DNA of 60,280 nt from a virus (taxonomy: Duplodnaviria > Caudoviricetes), in the IMG/VR virus record IMGVR_UViG_3300031718_000012, positions 1 through 60,280 of that record; one strand, 5' to 3'. Numbering within the stretch: the first letter of the stretch is position 1; each line of letters opens with the position of its first letter. The notes below the pieces were generated by a model. That model did no database searches and was not told the DNA's origin. It worked only from the letters and a program-made list of their open reading frames with translations. Of this stretch, positions 54,784 through 60,280 are shown piece by piece. Both the position numbers and the translations under genes were made by a program.

Positions 54784-57700
54784 TCAGGGTTTCTCTGTAG
54801 GTGAAGAACGGTCCTTCGGCACTCGACAAACGACGGAACCCAAATCCTTGACTCTGCAGGTCCAAAGCTCTGAGTCAGCCTTTTGCTTTCCAATCCGAAC
54901 GCCGTCCTCGAATCCGTTCGCTTCTCCAATTCTGTAGCAATTCATTAGGTCGTTTGCGTCCACATAGCCGTGGTGCCATGCCATTCCGCGACCTTCGCCG
55001 GGCAAGGCTTCGCACCACCCGTGCGGAAGCTCCGTTTGCTCCTGCGCGTGAACGCAATCTCCGAAGCCTACATTGGGATCGTCGTAGACAGTGCATGGCG
55101 GGAGATGCGCAAGTTTTATTTCGGGGTGCGCGTGATACCAACGATCAGCCGAATGCTTCCCCCACGAATGGCCGATGAACCAGAATCCTGCCGCCGTGCA
55201 CAGTACCAAAATCGCTCGATCTAATCGCATTACTGAATTATCCTCGGCCGCGCAGCGCGCTCCTGCTCGAGCCAGATGCCCATGACGATGCCGTATTGAA
55301 TCCCTTGCGCGATCGCCTGCACCGGACTCGACCCGGCCTTTTCACAATGATCGCAGATTTCGATGACGAACTGTTTCATCGCCGGGTCATCACGCATTGA
55401 CTTGCGAATTATGGCGGTCAGCTCGCCGCGTTCCTGCGCGCGTGCGCCGCCCAACATCTGCTTTACGATTTCGTGAATGTCCCACTCAGCTTTCATCTGA
55501 ATATCCCCTCGGTCGAATGTCAGTGACCATGACGCAGTCAATTCGACAAACACAATACGGCGGAAGTGGTCCAACGTGGCGAGTTATTCGCGGGAAAACA
55601 TAAATCTTCATGCCGTTACCGGAATCGTCGCGGGCCACAGCGCCCCAAGTCGAACCCGGGTAAGCACGGAATCCAGTTCGCGCGAAATCCAGAGTCCTGA
55701 TTTGAAGACCGTCCATCACGATAAAAATTCCATTTCCATGACGAGCAGCTCATCCATGGGAACCTCGGCCACGCAACGCGGATTCGAACACAGCGTCTCG
55801 GCAACGTCAACCCAAGAGCACGGGAAAGACTCGGCGTCATCGCCATTGTGGATGACATAACACGGCGTGGTTTCGGTGCACCCGCAGATGCGACACACTC
55901 CGCTAATGGGCATGTATCTCCTTGCAATTCTCGCCCTCTGGACATTCCCAAGTGTTCGCGCAGTACACTCGGTCGCCGCACTGTAGCAGCATGCGCGGAA
56001 TCATGAATTCGTTCCACCAGCGATCGCTATCTTCCTGGCCTTTTTTCTTGCCTAGTCCGAAGCCGAGCATCATCGCCAGAATAATCATCCCGGCGATCGG
56101 TATGCACGCGTCTGCGATCGCTCCCACCCAAATCTCCCACACGGTGAGCTTCTTGCCGCACTCCACGCAGCACCGCGGATCTTCGTGCGGACACTCATTC
56201 GTCTCGTTCGACATCGACAATCCTCCCGTCCTTGAAAGCGACTATGACCGACTGGTCCTTATCGAAACCGCAATCGAACCCGAAATAAATCTGGCCGGCT
56301 GGCAGAACCGCCGAAGCTTCGGCCTCCGCGACGTGGACGTCTGTGCGAGTGAGCGGTTTGCCTGGGTCGCGCGGCCGCTCCATGATTTTCTCGCCCGGCT
56401 TGAGCGGCGGCAAATTCTTGAGCATGTACCAGGGCAGAGGCGCAGACTTTTCCGGGACGGCGCCGCCGCCTGGCGCTTCCATCTCGCTAACGATTTGCTT
56501 TTGCGATTTGCCGGTTTCGATTGTCTGGCGCGGGCCTACGAATTCATCTTCCACGGCGGTTCCTCTTGGTGTGGCGAAAAGACCTTCGGGCTGTTAACAA
56601 ATTTTTCAGGTTCTTGTTGCTGCTTTCAATATCACCCGACTTCTGGTCGATTATCCGCGTGATTTTTCGGCGCTCATCTTCGGCATAGGCCTTGTGCTCG
56701 TAGCAGTAACCTTTTTTGCGGACCATCCAGACCGTCGGCTTTTTGTTGCAGATTACGCAGCCCGATTTCTCGGCAATCATATTGTCGGCGAAAGTGTCCT
56801 TGAGCGTCATCCGTGTGACCTCATCGCTCCCACGATGAACAGAACGGCCAGCAGCGCCAGGCCGATCGCAATCGTTATGACAAAGTGGCGGTCACCCGTG
56901 TCGAGCAACCGCCACGCTTTGTGAAGTGGACTCATCCCTTTTTTTCTTGCGGCGGGAAAAACACCGGCGGCATGTGACAGTGAGCGAACGCGAACCGAAT
57001 CAGCGTCACCATGCCTTCCGGTGGAATCACCAATTCGAAACCCTCGCGCCCCGGCAACATCGGATTGACGTGCAGCCGAATTGATTCTGGCACGCCGTTG
57101 TGTGTGACCACTTCCGCTTGAACGCCATTGCCGAGATATACCTGTGGTTTTTCCAAGGCTCATTCCTCCTGTACTTGCGCTTTAAGATACTCCACCTGCT
57201 TTGCAAAATCGTCGACCGCCGCGAGAAAGCCGTGAACTTCGTTGCGTTCATATCGGGCGAGCAGCTCGGGGCTGGCCAGGAAAGTATCGCGCATATCCTT
57301 CAAGACCTCGGCGGCTGTCGCACTCAATCCACCAGGCCAACTCGGTCCACCAGGTCCTTTGATTGGGACACGCGTGAAGTACAGATTGCTGTCCCTCACG
57401 AAACGCTCGAATTGCTCGAACGCCGAACTTACCTCAGCTTTCATTTTCTGGTCCGCTCGTTCCTTTAGCCGAGCTTCCAATTCACTGACAGCACTCATCA
57501 TCCCTCCGGATTTATTTCGTTCAACACCTGCCGCAACGCCATGCACAACCGCGACTTCACGACCTCCGGTGTCTTCTTCTCCACATTCGCTGGCCGACAA
57601 TTCCCGCACCAACACAGATACGCGCCTTCGTGGTACGTGACGACGGCATTTTCTTCGAGCGCGGTGATCAGCTTGCCGCCCGCGCGATGACGCCGGCAGA

Positions 57701-58526
57701 GCGTGACCGGCGCAGGGTTATCTGACGGGTCGTGACAATCTGTGCATTCTTCTTCGTCGCTGTCGATGTACGGGTTTCGTGCCACGTTATCTCCAGATGT
57801 GTGAGTAGATACTTTCGCGCCATTGCGCTGGGCGCTCGGCAAGCCGAAAATCGTAAAGGCCGATGCCCGGGAAATGCCAGTCGCCCATGTGCCAAGTGCT
57901 GAGGAACATCGCTGGCGTCGGCTTCCAGTACGGCCAGCCATCGTACATGCAGATGTCGATAACCTTGCGCCAGTAATCGCCATCCAAGACCTGCAGAACC
58001 TTATTGTCCTCGTCGGGTTGATACAGGGACGCTAGAACCTTTGCTCTCGTCTTACGTCGAAGGAAGATATGCTCTACCTGAAACCACATTTCGATGTCGC
58101 GCGCCATGCGTTCGCATTTATTTGCCTCATCCGTGCAGAGACCCGAATAGTGGCGCATGAAATCGTAGGACCAATCAATCGGTCCCATGTTCTCGCCTTC
58201 GTTGTGCGTGACTTGGTAGCTTCTCATTTGCCGCCGACTCCCACGGCCAGGAACACCCCGATGATGATGATCGCCGCCACGCCAACCGCGAACGCCATTC
58301 CTTGTAGAGCGACTTTCCAGCCCATGCTATCTGACGCTAGGGCCACAATGACTAGAAACGCACCGAGCACCATGCAAGCGCCGACGCACCTTTTCACGAC
58401 GTCCAAATCCATGCGGTCGATTGCGCGGTAAAAGAATTCCCTCATCACATCCTCCCATATGCCCACAATGACCATCACCAGCACGATCACGGCCAGCGCC
58501 ACAATTTGTAATAAATCGGAAAGCAT
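54784..58526 (-). other. operon of about 13 small hypothetical genes, several Zn-finger or TM (e.g. 54784-55230, 55230-55496, 55716-55913, 55903-56220, 56195-56554, 56544-56810, 56932-57156, 57160-57501, 57498-57785, 57787-58227, 58224-58526)
   Basis: Abutting ORFs with overlapping start/stop codons and RBSs; CRICGCTE..PC...CSWV...LCS motif in 55716-55913. Confidence 0.6.
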
Positions 58527-58533
58527 GAGCGCA

Positions 58534-58577
58534 AGTGTAGCTAGGGCCTAGCTTATGTCAAGAAGTTTAGGTATGCT
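58534..58577. promoter_or_regulatory. divergent promoter pair with palindromic operator
   Basis: Minus TTGACA(58561)-16-TACACT; spacer palindrome AGCTAGG-G-CCTAGCT; plus-strand -10 TATGCT at 58572. Confidence 0.75.
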
Positions 58578-58583
58578 CTCCGC

Positions 58584-58649
58584 GTCGGGACGGTTCCCGG
58601 GAAACCGGAGATTGCGCGCTGGCTGTGGTAGCAGCCGTTCAGTCCCGAC
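58584..58649 (+). ncRNA. candidate 66-nt three-way-junction RNA / leader
   Basis: GTCGGGAC...GTCCCGAC closing stem enclosing CCGG-GAAA-CCGG and GGCTG-TGGTAG-CAGCC. Confidence 0.5.
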
Positions 58650-58682
58650 AAAGTTTGACGGATATTTACACCGGAGAAACCA

Positions 58683-59129
58683 ATGGTCCGAAGGGGATTT
58701 ATTTTTGCTGCTCTGTCCGCATTGGGCCTGGTCGCTTGTGGCCATCGGGCGGAAGTGCAGGGTATTCAAACTCAAGATGGCGACGGCTCGGAAGCGACAC
58801 CGTACACCGACCGGATAGCTCACGGGCCGCTCGACCGCGTCAGCACTCCGCTGCTCTACGCCAGATCGCGGGTTGCTCTCCAATTGCAATTGGACTTTCC
58901 GAGTTTCAGCACATGCGGACGCTGTCGATGGCCCTGGGCAGTCGTGCGTCTTCACTCCACGCATTTCGACTCTAACCGTGGAATGTTTCCGCTTTGCGAG
59001 GATTGCTGGACTGAGTTGCAAACTCCTGAAGACCGCATGCCCTATTACGATGCGTTGATCGCGGAGTGGGACGAGCCGAGCATAAGAGATGCGGTGCACC
59101 AGGCGGTCGAAGACGAAGCGAAGAAGTAG
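58683..59129 (+). CDS. putative lipoprotein-like protein with zinc finger
   Basis: LVA-C lipobox; CGRC...LCEDC; GGAG RBS. Confidence 0.55.
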   Translation: MVRRGFIFAALSALGLVACGHRAEVQGIQTQDGDGSEATPYTDRIAHGPLDRVSTPLLYARSRVALQLQLDFPSFSTCGRCRWPWAVVRLHSTHFDSNRGMFPLCEDCWTELQTPEDRMPYYDALIAEWDEPSIRDAVHQAVEDEAKK

Positions 59130-59158
59130 CCCGTCAAGTTGAATTCATCCACACGGAG
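59129..59158. repeat. 30-bp palindrome, degenerate copy 3 of 3
   Basis: GCCCGTCAAGTTGAATTCA matches the first 19 nt of the consensus. Confidence 0.6.
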
Positions 59159-59163
59159 AAACC

Positions 59164-60069
59164 ATGAACCAAGAATTGTGCCAGTGCGGCCAGCCGCGGA
59201 ACTCGATTCGCCATTCCTTCACATCAGCGTCCAGCGTGGACGCTCACGAATTCAAGCCTGCGGATAACCCGGCGCTCCGAGAAACCAGACCAGAGGCGCA
59301 GCCGCCCAGCCAGGCGCATCAACAAGATGAGCTAAAAAATCTCGCGGCGTGGCTTGTAAATAAATCAGAAGATTTGATGAAGCAGGCCATGGCTCGGCGG
59401 GGAAATAGCGAATGCATGTCAAAGGCGACACTTCAAGAGCTAAAGGAAGCCAAGAAACTTGCTGAGCGCATGTCGGGTAGAAAAATGCGCCCCGTCAACA
59501 TGGAAGAGAACAGGCGAGATGTAGAGATTCAGAACAAAATAGCAGAGAAACTAGAAACCGAGTCGTTTTGCCTGTCCCTGTGGGCTGAAACTATTGGCAA
59601 GTTGGCTGCGGCCCAGCGCGAGGCCAGCGTAGCTCCCCCGCAGGATTTGTTGCCACTGTTGCAGAGGGCGGCTTCGATGTTGGCGATGTTGGCTGTTCGT
59701 GACCCGCAAGGGCGAAAGACAATTGACGATTTTGCGGATGAGCTACACGAAACCTGTTTGAAAATTAAAGCGATGCGTGCGCAGGCCAGCGTAGCAGAGC
59801 AGCCCACCCCGCAGACGGGCGAGTATTTGTGTGGTGCGTGCCATAGTCCGATTGGTGAAGGTCAGATGCAGGCGTCTGCGAGAGTAGCCGAACAGATACG
59901 CAACGAGGCATTGGAAGAAGCGGCCCGCGAAGTGAGTTTTGAGGGCGATGGTTATTTCATGGAGAGTCCCGGCGCAAAGGAATTGGCGGTAGGGAGAGCT
60001 TTGCTAGAAGCAGCCAAAACGATTCGGGCGCTGAAATCCGGGGCTGGGCGCAAAGGGGAAACGATATGA
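59164..60069 (+). CDS. mosaic hypothetical phage protein
   Basis: GGAG RBS; repeated AQASVA/EASVA linkers; RNEALEEAA module. Confidence 0.65.
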   Translation: MNQELCQCGQPRNSIRHSFTSASSVDAHEFKPADNPALRETRPEAQPPSQAHQQDELKNLAAWLVNKSEDLMKQAMARRGNSECMSKATLQELKEAKKLAERMSGRKMRPVNMEENRRDVEIQNKIAEKLETESFCLSLWAETIGKLAAAQREASVAPPQDLLPLLQRAASMLAMLAVRDPQGRKTIDDFADELHETCLKIKAMRAQASVAEQPTPQTGEYLCGACHSPIGEGQMQASARVAEQIRNEALEEAAREVSFEGDGYFMESPGAKELAVGRALLEAAKTIRALKSGAGRKGETI

Positions 60070-60280
60070 ACCGAGAGCAGGTAGCCGCTTCAATTGCCGC
60101 AGAGTGCGAGCGAGCGCAGAAGAAGTTCGACAGTTTCAACAGCGCCCACGAAGGTTTCGCCGTGATCGAAGAAGAGTTTATCGAGCTGCGGGATGAGGTG
60201 TTTGCTGGCAAGAGGCGCGATGTTCCGCAGATGAGAAAAGAGGCTATCCAGCTTGCGGCAATGGCAATGCGCTTCGTGTT
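60066..60280 (+). CDS. MazG-like all-alpha nucleotide pyrophosphohydrolase (truncated by window edge)
   Basis: ECERAQKKFDSFNSAHEGFAVIEEEFIELRDEVF...MRKEAIQLAAMAMRF. Confidence 0.7.
   Translation, partial: MNREQVAASIAAECERAQKKFDSFNSAHEGFAVIEEEFIELRDEVFAGKRRDVPQMRKEAIQLAAMAMRFV

Overview
The whole window is part of a high-GC tailed dsDNA phage (or plasmid-like prophage) genome. No host genes, integrase, terminase, CRISPR array or reverse transcriptase are visible, and both ends cut through + strand genes. Layout: (1) + strand early block 1-7768 (DUF932, ParB-like, WGR-type ATP-dependent ligase, broken HNH, clamp-loader-like AAA+); (2) - strand recombination block 7926-14975 (HerA-like ATPase, DUF559-like nuclease, RecT, PD-(D/E)XK exonuclease, Arc-like regulator); (3) long - strand morphogenesis/lysis region 15711-51050 of the contractile-tail DUF1073 portal / DUF2213 / DUF2184 capsid / DUF3383 sheath / baseplate-J type; (4) small accessory genes, tRNA-Thr(CGT) and a divergent promoter at 51-60 kb. 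Family names come from motif recognition by eye, not from database searches. Most notable observations: four consecutive cysteine-rich fibre/spike-like genes that all carry Sec-type signal peptides; a twice-occurring structured RNA element fused to intrinsic terminators next to a DUF2292-like mini-gene (candidate antitermination system); a HiPIP-like [4Fe-4S] domain fused to the portal behind a probable protease site; a dispersed 30-bp palindrome; and a pseudoknot-capable leader on a replication initiator that sits inside the head module.
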